Below are positions 1 through 11,494 of a DNA stretch of 64,000 bases, in pieces. This DNA comes from an uncultured Gemmatimonadales bacterium (GTDB taxonomy: Bacteria; Gemmatimonadota; Gemmatimonadetes; Gemmatimonadales; GWC2-71-9), in NCBI GenBank assembly GCA_963798915.1, contig CAWCVB010000001.1, positions 1 to 64,000 on the forward strand, given 5' to 3'. The stretch's first letter is position 1. Every line of letters starts with the position of its first letter. Made by a program: the position numbers and the translations under genes. Under the pieces are notes generated by a model, which made no database searches, was not told where the DNA came from, and was given only the letters and a program-made list of their open reading frames with translations.

Positions 1-163
1 GTTCCTCGCCGGCGTCTTCTTCAGGGACGAAGAGGCCAGGCGGAGGCCGGTATCGCCGTTGTTCCCGCCGGCAAGAGAAGCCGGCCACACCGCTCCCGTT
101 TGTGGCGCCTCAGGACTCGCGAGCCGGCAGCCGAGATTCCGAATCCGTTCGCTCGCTAGAGCG

Positions 164-1499
164 TCAGGAGATCGGCTGCTTCTCCTGCTCCTCCGCTGGG
201 TCATCGTTCAGGTTCGTAGCGGTCACGTAAGGCGGAGCCGTCCGGGACGTGCATCCGGCCGCCAATACCTCCTCGTACGAACGGTGGATCTCGATCACGC
301 CGAGTTCGTCCACCGCCCTCTTTCTTGCCGCCAGTCCCCACTCCCGCCTCTTCTCGTGATCCATCGCCAATTGGCTCAGCTCATCCCCCAATGCGGAAAT
401 ATCCCCCGGAGGAACAGCGACGCCGCAGCCCCGGATTGCCGCTGCAATCGCCGTACCTTGATTGGCCCAGGCAACGATCGGTCGTCCGCTGGCGAGCATC
501 CCGCCCAGCTTCGACGGCAGGACGAGGTCTTCGACGCCGGCCTTTTGAGGCAACAGATGGATATCGGCCAAATTGAGCAGGTCGTTCAGCCGCTCGGTAG
601 GCTGCAGCGGGAGAAATCGCATGTTCGACATTCCCTGTGCCTCTGCGACCAGCGCATTCCGTGCGGGTCCTTCTCCACAGAGGACGAACTCGATGTTCTG
701 CATCACATCGAGGCGCGCCACTTCGATGATCGACTCCAACCCCTGCTTGAGCTCATCGTCCCGGAGTACAGAGCGACGATCTTGTCGCCGTCGATTCCGA
801 GCTCGGCTCGCAAGGGGCTCGAATTCCCGAGCGGGAAGATGGCGCTTGTGTCGACTCCGTTGGGGAAGAGGACAAGCTTCTCCTTCGGGACACCCTTCAT
901 CAACAGCCTATCCAACATGGCCGGTGAAATCGTGGAGACGAGATCGAAGCGCCTGAGGAGAAGGGCTTCCAGCGCGATGCCGCCTTACGAAGGGAGGGAC
1001 GGCGCAACAATCCCAGCCCGAACGCCGCATCCAATTCGAAATCCTGGACGTGAAGTACTGCGGTAGCGCCAGACAGGCGCGCGCAGAGCAGTGCGCCGAG
1101 CGAGGATAGCAACGTCGGCGCAACCGATACCACGACTCGCGGACGCCATGCTGCCCAGAGCAATGCGACGGGAGACGAGGACATTCCAAACGAGGACAGA
1201 TGCAGCACCCGCCTCAAGCCGCCGGGCTTCGTCGGGACGTAAAGTGGGCAGTAGATCACATCCACATCGCGATACCCCGCCTCACGGGTAGGCGACGTAA
1301 AAACATCGCGCTTGTACCGGAAACGGGGCCAGCCTTCGTACTGCTTCCACTGAGGATAGTAAGGTGTCGCAGCGACGACGCGAACGTCATGACCGCGAAA
1401 GGCAAGGTAGTCAGCGAGGCCGGCGGTGTACTTGGCACACCCCACGGTTTCGGGCCAGAAGTTCAGGCCGACAATCAGTACCTTCATTGCACGGGGCAC
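164..1499 (-). pseudogene. wcaI: WcaI-like GT4 glycosyltransferase, split over three frames (two frameshifts; pseudogene or sequence error)
   Basis: Consecutive ORFs 900-1499 (MKVLIVGLNFWPE..PYYPQWK..HVQDFELDAAFGLG), 703-918 (LFPNGVDT..ALYSG), 164-739 (FLPLQP..ADIHLLPQKAGVEDLVLPSKLGGMLASGRP) concatenate into one WcaI-type protein. Confidence 0.8.
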
Positions 1500-2057
1500 C
1501 CGGCGAGGCGAGCATCCGTCAATGTGCGGATGCCTTGTTCAGAGTGGTCCGGAATGGAAGCTGCCGAGTTCGAGGACTGGCCGAACCGCTTTTCACTCTC
1601 GAAAAGAAAGTCCGCTTGCAGCGCTCGCCCCCTTTTGTCATAGGTCGGGTTAAATATTCCCGCGAGGCGGAAGCCCCTAGCCGACAACCACTCAATCACT
1701 TCGGCGGCGAGTGCCCGGCCACAATACAGCTCAACAAAGGAGCATTCACAATACACATATGTGAAGCAACTCAGGAGGGATTCGCATCCGATCAACCCGT
1801 GCAGCTCGAAACCTGGACATCATACAGCTTCAACATGGCCGGAGACGCAACTTAACCTGGCTTCAACATGCCGAAAGTCGGCTGGCTCCACTAGCCTGAC
1901 GCCTCACGAATTCAAGCTGCGCTACGACTCCATCAACCTCGGAGCCCATTCCAAGTTATGAATAGACTGAGAATCGTCGGGCAGGTCATCCCTCGCACGT
2001 GCTCAATGTACCGGTGTAAGAAGCGCTACTCCATCTTGCGGCCCCCATTATGGTCAT
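1484..2057 (-). pseudogene. FkbM-family methyltransferase remnant
   Basis: C-terminal part ECSFVELYCG..LSARGF..LQADFLF is FkbM-like; LK.DVQ(G)FEL motif is broken by a frameshift near 1812; 5' part garbled, boundary approximate. Confidence 0.55.
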
Positions 2058-2077
2058 GGATTAATCCCGACCTTCCT

Positions 2078-2764
2078 TCACATTCCGTCCGTCGGGTACC
2101 CCGCAGGGTAGGCGTCCGTCATGTATGGATGGTTCCTATCTATATCCGCCACCGCAGAAGCCTTGGGCGATAGGTAAAGTTTGTACTCGTCACTATAATT
2201 TCCGGCCAATGTGGAGCCTCCACCTATGATTATGTTACTAGCCAGGAACGTCCCGGGCATTATTCTGCAAGCGGCCCCCACATACACTCGATCCTGAATT
2301 GTGATTGGCTTTGTTTCATTTAACGAATTAGGCCCCTTCTGATGCGTGAAAAGAATGGTCCCTAAGCCCGCGACTAGGGAGCGGCTTCCAATTTTGATCG
2401 TATCTTGTGCATCAAAATAGTGAGCCATTGTGATAGCGGTATGCTCTCCAATCTCGACCACTCCAACGTTTGCATTGTCTGCGCCTTGAGCTCTATAAAA
2501 TGGCGAGCAAGTAAACACATTGTATCGGCCAATTGTCGAGCCAGTTCCAATAGTCATCCGCCGAAGGCCTTTGAAGACATTGAAATTGCCGATCCTTACG
2601 CCGTCGCCTATCACCAGATGTTTGACATCAATAATGCATAGCCCTATCTGTACCTTCCGACCTATCTGGTGCCCCATCATCCTAAGTGCGAAAACCTTAA
2701 GTTTTGATGGCAACAGGAAGATCAGGAGAGCCGTGACCATTTTCACGCAGCAATCCCTAAGCAA
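2078..2764 (-). CDS. Hexapeptide-repeat (left-handed beta-helix) acyltransferase
   Basis: Repeated IG-x-x-V-x-IG hexapeptides (IGRKVQIG, IGDGVRIG, IGTGSTIG, IQDRVYVG). Confidence 0.8.
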   Translation of the reverse strand: MLRDCCVKMVTALLIFLLPSKLKVFALRMMGHQIGRKVQIGLCIIDVKHLVIGDGVRIGNFNVFKGLRRMTIGTGSTIGRYNVFTCSPFYRAQGADNANVGVVEIGEHTAITMAHYFDAQDTIKIGSRSLVAGLGTILFTHQKGPNSLNETKPITIQDRVYVGAACRIMPGTFLASNIIIGGGSTLAGNYSDEYKLYLSPKASAVADIDRNHPYMTDAYPAGYPTDGM

Positions 2765-2931
2765 ATCGGACCAAACTTTGCTTGGCCTGCATAAACGCCA
2801 GGAGATCCATTTATTCGGTCAACCGTTGGCACAGCGATCACCAGACCTCAAGCCTCGCTTTAGATCCACAAACTCTGCGGACCAAATAGCTACTCGTTAA
2901 GTGTGAGGGACGAATTGGGGTAAGGCCACGC

Positions 2932-4260
2932 TCATTCTAAGGTCCCCCTCCGGGCGCTAAGCCTTATCCGCGAAAAAAATCGCCATACCAAAGCCACGAC
3001 AATTGCATAGTAAACAAACCGGGTGGCGGAGCGCAGGTTGTATTGTGTGGAACTTATGGAAAATAGAAAAAGTAACCCGCTACCGAGCAAAAATCCCCAC
3101 CGGCTACGTTGATTCTGGAAGCGTCGAATATTCACATCTATCCACGCCGCCACCATTCCTATGATCACGTAATATACAAACGTCCATTGCCATCCGTAAT
3201 TTAGCAATTCACCCAATGCGCTGTACGGCATGTACTGGCTAACGCGCAGTTGATCCTGAATGCTTTCCCACGAAAGTATCCCTGACACTGGGACAAAGGA
3301 TGGCAGAGGATTTACGCTAGCAATCAGCATTTCGATTGGTAACGGTGGCGTATCCATTACAAAGCCGGCAAGTTCTACGCCCATAGTTAAATTTTGAAAA
3401 ATCAATTCGAAACCGCTCTTATAGAGGGCCTCCATGCCTTCGCTGAATACAACCGCCAAATTTTCGCCTAAGACTAGGACTCCCTGTTGAGGGAGGCCTC
3501 GCAATCCGAGTGGCAACTGCAATGTGAGGGGCAACGTAACTATCCAAAGCGCCAAAAGCAGCAGGATCACCCTCCGCCGCGCGCCCGCTAACGCAAGCCC
3601 AAGCACGTAAAATAGAAAAGCAAGAATAAAACGGCGCGTGGACAGTGCCAAAAAGAGAAGATGATAAATAAGAAGAACGAGAATGCAAACGGACTTCCAC
3701 GCAAAAGCTTTTCTTGCTGGCGTTATGAATCCAAGCGCAAGCATGGCGGGCATTGAAAGTGACATACCAACGATCAGCAGGGCGTGCTGCTCATCGGTCA
3801 AATACTCGGTGCTCTTTAGTACATTCATAGGGCCTTTGCCGATTACCGTCAGTATCAGCGGAATCGACAAGACGAAAATGGAGGCAATCTGCGCGCGAAT
3901 GCCGAAGTGTTTTATCTCCTTATGCGGCGCCATTGAAGGAGCTGCTACGCCCAGGCGGTGAAACTGCGTCGAGGGTAATAGATAGATCATCGCGCCAATT
4001 AGGAAGGCACCAATTGCGGCGATAAAACCTGCGAGGGCCTGCACCAACTGCGGCCGTGGAGTGCCGATGTTGTAGAAACTGCCAATATAGCCTCGAAAGA
4101 ATCTGAAATAGACAAATCCGGATATACCAAGAATTAGGTAGGTGGCAACAAAGCCATAAATCGGAGACCAAATCGCGGGGGAAAGCCTCCGTCCAATAAG
4201 AAGGGCGAACACAGATCCCACCATTGCAGTGGACATAACAGCAAGCCATAGCTGTGTCAT
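2932..4260 (-). CDS. O-antigen/EPS polymerase (Wzy-like) multi-pass membrane protein
   Basis: 442 aa, about ten hydrophobic segments, STRR motif, late loop with YSALGELLNYG, lower GC, polysaccharide-cluster context. Confidence 0.7.
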   Translation of the reverse strand: MTQLWLAVMSTAMVGSVFALLIGRRLSPAIWSPIYGFVATYLILGISGFVYFRFFRGYIGSFYNIGTPRPQLVQALAGFIAAIGAFLIGAMIYLLPSTQFHRLGVAAPSMAPHKEIKHFGIRAQIASIFVLSIPLILTVIGKGPMNVLKSTEYLTDEQHALLIVGMSLSMPAMLALGFITPARKAFAWKSVCILVLLIYHLLFLALSTRRFILAFLFYVLGLALAGARRRVILLLLALWIVTLPLTLQLPLGLRGLPQQGVLVLGENLAVVFSEGMEALYKSGFELIFQNLTMGVELAGFVMDTPPLPIEMLIASVNPLPSFVPVSGILSWESIQDQLRVSQYMPYSALGELLNYGWQWTFVYYVIIGMVAAWIDVNIRRFQNQRSRWGFLLGSGLLFLFSISSTQYNLRSATRFVYYAIVVALVWRFFSRIRLSARRGTLE

Positions 4261-5100
4261 TAATCGGCTCTCTTAGCCAGAATGGCGGCTCCCTGCTTTG
4301 AATATCTGGCGATCATTTCCTTGCCCATCAGGTGGACGCCTCCTGCTCCTTCAATGCCGTTAATTATGCCTGCGCATCCGCGGGCTGCACACATACCAGC
4401 GGGAGTTAGTAAAGCTGTTTGTAAAGGCAGAAGCGGACGTGATGAAACGGGCTATGGAGAAGCAGGAACATCTCGTTTTGATGCCTTGCGGCTTTCGCTA
4501 CGCGGCCCTCTTCAAATGGTGGGAGGCGTTCTGCTGATTGGCTGATTGCAGATCAATAGAGCGATGAGGGTTAGTAAGCTCGAAGCCGAGAACGACTCAA
4601 GACGTGGCTGGCCGGGGCCCACTTAGACTTGAGGCGCTGGGGATTGCAGTCGGCTGAAGCGCCAGCCGCACAATATCAAAAGAGAGCCTGGAAATGGGGC
4701 GCGCCAAGATCTGATGATCCCCGAACGAGGAGTCTGTGCAGTTGTCCGGCTCGCGCTTACGACATTGCGACTCCACGGTGGAGCAGGCGGGGAAGCGCGT
4801 GCTCACGCCAATTACGAGAGGTCTATAGGCTTGATTGCACAAGGCGATGATCAGGAAGAACAAGTGTCGGCGCAGGCAGTTTGCCAGGGCCAGTCGAAGA
4901 GCGCTCTGCGGGCCGCAGCGGCCAAATGAAGTTTGGAACATCGACTGGAAGCTTGTTTGCACTCGACTCGGTGGACGGCGAAGGCACTGGGACTACGAGG
5001 AGCGCCGCTGTCTCAGGACCCCCTCGAACGCGCTACCGGGCGATTCGCGCCTGCCGTCGAGCACAGGCAACCGATTCGCCGGAGATCGTCTAATCTTCCA
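4260..5100 (-). pseudogene. Degraded gene, possibly polysaccharide pyruvyl transferase-like
   Basis: A minus-strand frame ending ..EMIARYSKQGAAILAKRAD* overlaps the wzy start (TAATG); only broken fragments upstream (APQ..GP-like); family and boundaries weak. Confidence 0.25.
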
Positions 5101-5161
5101 ACCTTGACTTGTGAATTGCCAGCTGTAGCGCTAAACAGGGTGCAGGTAACTGGAGCTCTTT

Positions 5162-6124
5162 ATGAAATGGCAGGAAAAAGTGTTGATCACTGGGGGCCGT
5201 GGCTTTATAGGAGTTAATCTGGTCGCAGAACTGTCGTCAGCCGTGGATATCCGCGTTCTGGACAACCTCGAGCGTCCGTCTCCTACAGGTTGGTCAGAGG
5301 GGCTTGTCGAGTTCTGCTGCAGCGATATCCTGAATACGACGACGCTCGCATCAGCGTTTGGCGAGGTATCGAAAGTTGTGCATCTGGCTGCCTTTGGGTC
5401 GGTAGTCGAGTCAATTTCAGATCCAGATAGAAATTTTTCTGTCAATGCTCGCGGCACCCTGAATGTGCTAAGTGCCTCATTGACTGCCGGAGTTAAGAGA
5501 CTTGTTTTCGCTTCGACAGGAGGGGCGTTAGTCGGCGATGCAACACCTCCGGTAGACGAGCAGTCGTTACCTAAGCCGATTTCGCCCTACGGTGCTAGCA
5601 AACTGTGCGGGGAAGCGTACTGCCATGCGTTTGCGAAGTCCTACGGACTGGAGACCGTTTGTCTGCGATTTGGGAACGTATATGGGCCGCATAGCGCACA
5701 CAAAAAGGGCGCAGTGACGCAATTCATCAAGGCACTGATTAGCGGTCAACCAATCGTGATCTATGGCGACGGTACGGCATCGCGTGATTATATTCACGTA
5801 GATGACTTATGCGCTGGTATCAAAGCCGCCCTTGATGTGCCACTGAAAGGCGGCGAAGTTCTTCATCTGGCGTCTGGGCAAGAGACCACAATACTTGAAT
5901 TGGCTAGTATGCTCCGCCAAATTGCGGGGAAACCCAGTCATCCCATTGAATTCCGGCCGGGTCGGCGTGGAGAAGTTGGCCGGAACGCTGCGAATTACAG
6001 CAGGGCGAGGGAGGTGTTGGGCTTTGAGCCCAAGCGGCGCATTGAGGATGGCTTGGCAGCAACATGGGAATGGTTTGAAAAACAGAGTGGTGCTGTCGTT
6101 TCTGCAAATACGACGGACTCGTGA
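5162..6124 (+). CDS. NAD-dependent epimerase/dehydratase (UDP-glucose 4-epimerase-like)
   Basis: TGGRGFIG Rossmann motif, HLAA, YGASK catalytic motif, RFGNVYGP, RDYIHVDD. Confidence 0.92.
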   Translation: MKWQEKVLITGGRGFIGVNLVAELSSAVDIRVLDNLERPSPTGWSEGLVEFCCSDILNTTTLASAFGEVSKVVHLAAFGSVVESISDPDRNFSVNARGTLNVLSASLTAGVKRLVFASTGGALVGDATPPVDEQSLPKPISPYGASKLCGEAYCHAFAKSYGLETVCLRFGNVYGPHSAHKKGAVTQFIKALISGQPIVIYGDGTASRDYIHVDDLCAGIKAALDVPLKGGEVLHLASGQETTILELASMLRQIAGKPSHPIEFRPGRRGEVGRNAANYSRAREVLGFEPKRRIEDGLAATWEWFEKQSGAVVSANTTDS

Positions 6125-7329
6125 TGCACGTACTCAGCATCGTCCACTATCCGATCTTCGGCGGGCCCCATAACAGAAATATGCGGCTTGCACCCATTCT
6201 TGCCAAGCAGGCAATTAAGACCACGCTTTTGCTGCCAGATGAGCCAGGAAATGCGGTTGAGCGACTTCAAAGCGCCGGGATAGATATCGTGCAACTGCCG
6301 CTACTGCGGATGCGCGCGGCCAGTAATTTTCAAGCGAATGTTCAGATGCTTGCCAGCTTTCCCGCGCAAATCCGCAGAATTCGCCAGGTAATAAAAGATC
6401 TGCATGTCGACATAGTCCAGTTAAACGGGTTCGCCAATCCACATGGCGCCATAGCCGCCAACGCGGCGGGCGTTCCAGTTGTCTGGCAGATTCTCGATAC
6501 GTTTACTCCTGTAGCGTTGCGGCGCATTTTGGCCCCAGTGGTTCGCCGGTATGCTGACGTCGTGATGTGCACTGGAATGCGGGTAGCAAGAGAACATCCG
6601 GGTGTAACCCGGAGACCGGAGCAGCTAATTACGTTTTATCCCCCCGTGGATATCTCGATTTTCAAGGCGAACCCGGCGACGCGGTTCAGAGCACGACAAA
6701 GGCTTGGTATCGATGCGCCGTTGGTAATTGGCACAGTCGGAAACATTAATCCACAAAAGGGGCATGACAACTTCATTCGTGCAGCAGCTCGCGTAAAGGC
6801 CAAAATACCCGGCGCCAAGTTTCTTATTCTTGGTGCGACTTACGAAAACCATCGCGGGTATCTTGAGGATCTCCAAATGCTCGCGACGAAATTAGGACTG
6901 AAGCTTGGTTGCGATCTGATCATGTTTGATCCGACTGGTCAGGTGCATGAGGTAGTCCAGGCGCTCGATATTTTCTGGATGACGCCGCGGCCACGCTCCG
7001 AAGGGATCCCGACCGCTATGGAAGAAGCAATGGCGGTGGCGCTGCCCGTCGTGAGCTTCGAGGTGGGTTCGATAGGCGAACTTGTAGAGCATGGCCGTAC
7101 AGGGTATTTAGTTCAGAAACAGGATGCCGCTGCCATCGCAGAAAATACCTTGCAACATCTCCTCGACCCGCGACATCGTGCGGTAATGGGTTTCCGAGCC
7201 CGCGAATTCGTGGAGAAGCATGCGTCGCTTGCAGCCTGTGCTGAACGACATATGCTGGCATATGAGCTCGCTCGCCGCACAGCGAATCTGGTCGGAATAA
7301 GGGACAGATCAGGCGTTATAGAAGACTAA
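6124..7329 (+). CDS. GT4 family glycosyltransferase
   Basis: VGNINPQKG, SEGIPTAMEEAMAVALPVV (Ex7E), HGRTGYLV. Confidence 0.88.
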   Translation: MHVLSIVHYPIFGGPHNRNMRLAPILAKQAIKTTLLLPDEPGNAVERLQSAGIDIVQLPLLRMRAASNFQANVQMLASFPAQIRRIRQVIKDLHVDIVQLNGFANPHGAIAANAAGVPVVWQILDTFTPVALRRILAPVVRRYADVVMCTGMRVAREHPGVTRRPEQLITFYPPVDISIFKANPATRFRARQRLGIDAPLVIGTVGNINPQKGHDNFIRAAARVKAKIPGAKFLILGATYENHRGYLEDLQMLATKLGLKLGCDLIMFDPTGQVHEVVQALDIFWMTPRPRSEGIPTAMEEAMAVALPVVSFEVGSIGELVEHGRTGYLVQKQDAAAIAENTLQHLLDPRHRAVMGFRAREFVEKHASLAACAERHMLAYELARRTANLVGIRDRSGVIED

Positions 7330-7498
7330 AGTGCCAACACTGAAACACCCCAAGAGCCATGCCTTATTTTGCAGCGAAACTTCTGCGCCACCAGGAGTGG
7401 CGAGGATGCTCCGTTTCCATTTGGCAGGCGGCTTACGAAGAAGGTCCAAGGTAGAGCCACCAGAAAGATCCCACCTATGCTGAGTTGGAGAAACTCAT

Positions 7499-7858
7499 TT
7501 GAATCGACGCGGATTCGTTAAGAGTGGAATTCTCGCCCTGGCCGCAGCTCCTGGTGCTTTGCCAGGGCGAGTCTCGCCGCTCGTGGCAGAGGAGGCAAAG
7601 AGGCAGTCGAACGGCTTTGGCAATGAAGCCATAAATAGGCGCGGTCCGCCTATAGAGAAGATGTTTGCCGCGGCTGGGGATGGGGTGACGGACGATGCGG
7701 CCGCATTCACCGAGGCCATAGAGGCACTCGTTGTGCAGGGTGGCGGCGTGTTGAAGGGGGTGCCGGGATCCGACTACCTCCTCTCGAGCGTTATCGACAT
7801 CGGGGCTAACAAGAACATCGTCGTGGATATGGCAGGCTGCACACTAAGAACGGGTCCC
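7499..7858 (+). pseudogene. Truncated Tat-exported pectate-lyase-3/GH28-related beta-helix protein
   Basis: Twin-arginine signal MNRRGFVKSG; AAGDGVTDDAAAF motif; plausible homology stops near 7858 where the frame runs antisense into the next gene. Confidence 0.6.
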
Positions 7859-7869
7859 CCATCCTGTCC

Positions 7870-8514
7870 TCATCCCTCCAGCCGCCGCATGATTCCGGCC
7901 AGCCACCCACCCTGCCCAGTTCCTGGTCGGCGGCCGCTCGCTGATCTTCAAGCCACTCATGAACATGCTTCCCGACAGGCGGACCAGGAGCCCATTCCAC
8001 TCAGCAGCTGACGCGCGGCCGCGCTTGTGGTCGGACCCGGACAGCGTCTCGCTGATTTCATTCTCGACCTGCGTGCCGGGTGGCACGATACAAGATCGAG
8101 CGCTCCGCAGATAGCGTCTACCTCGATTTCCACGGTGTCGGAGTCGAACCAGGCATCGCGGAGATCGAGCTTCACGTTCCCGAACCGAATCCGGGCCTCG
8201 ATCACGAGCGGCACCGTCCAGCGGCCAGACCGTTTGGCTCCGGAGAAGATGGCTGACACCCGCAGCCGCTCCAATGGCGCCACGGCGGCGGGCGGGTCGA
8301 CTGGAAGCGGCGTGTCCAGCCGCTGGAGTCGGTCATCGCCACCGGGGTCCCCGATGTCACCCAGAATCTGCCAGACCGCGGCGGTGGTGGGCGCCTCGCG
8401 AACCAGGGCGAGCCGCTGCTCGAACAGCTCCACGGAAAGCTGCTCGCGCGCTTGTGCCACGCACAGGGCGTGAACGGCCTCGCGTCGCGTGTGCTCGAGA
8501 TCGTCAGAGGTCAT
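7870..8514 (-). CDS. DUF1707 (SHOCT-like) + LiaF-like C-terminal domain protein, frameshifted
   Basis: REAVHALC..LSVELFEQRL; AIFSGAKRSGRWTVP; FGNVKLDLRDA; continues in another frame VPPGTQVENE after ~8090; 3' end approximate. Confidence 0.65.
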
Positions 8515-8535
8515 GGAACCAATATACCTTTCTTC

Positions 8536-10613
8536 ATGAGTCCGAATCGCCTTGCCGACGCCCGGTCGGCCTTATCTCTGCCGCCGCCGCACATCAGCCC
8601 GTCCATGGGTTTCCCGTAGTGACGAAGCTTTCGCGACCGCTCACGCGCAGGATCGCCCAGTGCTGCTCGATATCGGAGCAGCATGGTGCCACTTGTGCCA
8701 CGTCATGGACCGGGAATCGTACGAAATCGGAAGCGCTGGCGGAGTTTCTCAATGCGCATTTCGTCTGCATCAAGGTGGATCGCGACGAGCGGCCCGACAT
8801 CGATGCCCGTTACCAGCGCGCGGTTCAGGCCCTGACCGGCCAGGGCGGATGGCCGCTCACCGCCCTGCTCACGCCTGAGGGCGAGGTGTCCTTTGGCGGC
8901 GACATATTTTCCGCCGACCTACATGCATGGCGGGCCCGGACTCCAGACCGTGCTCGAGAGCGTACCGGATGCCCGGCGTAACCGGCGCGGCCAGGTGGGC
9001 ACAGGCGGCGATGCGACCGGCCGCGTGACCAGCCACCTGGACGAAGTCAACGCCGGGAGCCGTCGGCCCCGAGCCGCTGCGCAGGGCGCCGCGGCAACGA
9101 CCAGGGTCTTGATCCTGAATTCGGTGGCTTTGGGCGGCAGCCGAGTTTCCGCATCCCGGCGCATTGCGATTCCTGCTTCGCCGCTGGATGACACTGGCGA
9201 TCCGCAGCGGGCCGATATCGTCGAGCGAAACCTCGATGCCATGGCCCTGGGGGGGATCCATGATCAGCTCGGCGGCGGATTTCATCGGGAAGCGTCGATG
9301 TGCGGCGGATCGTGCCGTATTTCGAGAAAATGGCCGACGACAATGCGGAGCCGCTCCGCGTTTACACCGAGGCGTACCTCGCATTCGGTGATGACTGCTA
9401 CGCTGGCGTGGTGCGTGGCGCGGTCCGCTGGGTGACTGACGTGTGGGACAGGACGGCGGGGGCGAAGGCGCGAGTCAGGATGCCGATGTGGGGCTGGACG
9501 ATGACGGCGACTACTCCACCTGGACCCGCGCGGAAGTCGAGGCCGTACTTGCCGGCAAGGAGCTGAATCGCGCTAGCGTGCTGGGACATCGGCAGCGCCG
9601 GCGACATGCACCAGACCGGGGCGAAAGGTCCTGTTCGTCAGCGAGGGCCTCGACAGCATCGCCGCATGCTTGGAGCTGCCGCCGAAACGGCCGCCCAGCT
9701 ATTGGAGGCGGCCAGGCAGAAGCTTCTGGCTGCCCGCCAGGAGCGGCCGGCACCCGCTGTCGATGTGACCCGCTATACGTCGTGGAATGCAATGCTTGCG
9801 TCGGCCATGCTGCTGGCCGGTATCGCGCTGGACCACCCGGAGCCACGCGACCACGCCCTCGCAACCCTCGAGCGTATCCGACGCGAGGCCTTGGCGCCCG
9901 ACAAGGTGGGACACGGGGCCGGGCAGAGAATGGGGTGGCTCGAGGATGCGGTACAGACGGCCGATGCGGCGCTCACCGCGTTTGAATTTACCGGAGTACG
10001 ATCATGGCTCGAGTGGGCTGAGGCGCTGGCAGAGCGCGCCTGGCAGGACTTCGAAGACCCGGCGGATGGCGCGCTGTTCGACGTCCCTGCCGATCCCGGT
10101 GGCGCCGGCCTGCTCCGGGCGCGCGGAAAGCCGGCGCAGGATGCCCCGACACCCTCGGCCAATGGTGTGGCTGGCATTCTGGCTGCCCGGCTGGCGCACC
10201 TGACCGGCCGGGAACGCTGGCATGCACGAGCCATGCGACTGGTGGGGGCCTTCGGCGCCGGACTCGCCGAGGCTGGGGTGCACGCAGCCACGATGCTCCT
10301 CGCTGCCGATTGGCTGCTTTCGCCGGTGACCCGACTGGTGGTCGTGGGACCGGAGGACGACGAACTGGCGAAGGCAATGCGGGCGACAGCGTGGCGGAGC
10401 TGGCGGCCGCGTCGCGTCATCAGGCCCGCGGGCTCGGCCGAGGCTGCGGGCCAAGTGCCGGCTGAACTCGCCGCCATGCTGGCGAATGCTTCCGATCACG
10501 TCGCAGGATATCTCTGCGCCGGCACCAGCTGTCAACCGCCAGCCCGGTCATTGGTGGAGTGGCAGGCGAGCCTGGCGCACTCGCTGGCTCAAGGCCATCG
10601 CAGTCGGTCGTGA
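8536..10613 (+). pseudogene. Thioredoxin-domain protein YyaL/SPATA20 family (DUF255), multiply frameshifted
   Basis: Fragments in successive frames: MSPNRLA..HQPV, IGAAWCHLCHVMDRESYE, IKVDRDERPDID..GQGGWPLT, TYFPP, GGIHDQLGGGFHR, VPYFEKM, SQDAD, YTSWNAM, DAPTPSAN, YLCAGTSCQPP. Confidence 0.85.
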
Positions 10614-10713
10614 CAGCAGGACGCGTCACAGCAGGCCGCAGCTACGGCGAAACTCCTCGCCCGCCAGAGGCTCGCACGCATCTCGAGCTCTCCAAGCCAG
10701 GAGGGAGAATGCA

Positions 10714-11481
10714 TCAGGGAAGCCAGATTTGCTGCGTAACGATCACCGTGGCAGGCCTGCCGGCAACCCGACCGGGGGCAAAGCGACACTTTGCGAGGCT
10801 GAGGACAATGCGTTTGCGCATGACAGAGGCCGAGGCTGCGAGCACTTCGATGCTCTTCTTGTCCACCCTCCCATCGTCACGCACGATGAATCGCACCAGC
10901 GCTACGCCGCGCCCGAAGTTGCCGGTCAGCTGAAGAGTGTTGTACACCTCTTGCATCGACTGCCCGGAAGGGAAGTATTGCGGTTGCATGGCGGCGTTGC
11001 AGTGCACCCCCCGCGGGCGCTCATCGACAATGGCCAACCTGGCACTGAAGGAACCCGGTCCGACGTTCGCGCCCAGTGGTACGGGATCGGGGCGCCGCTG
11101 ATCCACTGTGATGACCGGATCCGAGAACCAGGCCTGCAATGAATCGAACCGGATGTTCGCCTCAGCGGTCACCGGGTAGCGACGCTCCAAGTGACGGGTG
11201 TCGAACCGGCAGGCCGTCAGCTGCCGCTCGGCTGCGCTCTGCAAGCCGACCGGCGTTGCTCCATTCGCCTTGAGCGTCGCGATGGTACCGGCCAACGGAC
11301 GCCCGTCCTGGCCAATCTGAAAGCGCACCACACCAGATGCGTCCATCCTTCCGATGGGGACCTTCGGCTCCTTGCAAGAGCGCAGTTTCAATACCTGCGC
11401 CCAGCCAGCGCCAGTGACGCATGCCAGGAGCAGAACGGCGAACAGCGCCGAGTGGGTCAGGCCACTTCGCGGTATATTCAT
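10714..11481 (-). CDS. Secreted protein with two TonB-C-like domains
   Basis: Signal peptide MNIPRSG..AWA; VVRFQIGQDGRP and VRFIVRDDGRVD..RFAPGRVAGRPATV resemble TonB C-terminal domains. Confidence 0.6.
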   Translation of the reverse strand: MNIPRSGLTHSALFAVLLLACVTGAGWAQVLKLRSCKEPKVPIGRMDASGVVRFQIGQDGRPLAGTIATLKANGATPVGLQSAAERQLTACRFDTRHLERRYPVTAEANIRFDSLQAWFSDPVITVDQRRPDPVPLGANVGPGSFSARLAIVDERPRGVHCNAAMQPQYFPSGQSMQEVYNTLQLTGNFGRGVALVRFIVRDDGRVDKKSIEVLAASASVMRKRIVLSLAKCRFAPGRVAGRPATVIVTQQIWLP

Positions 11482-11494
11482 GGAAGCGCCTCTC

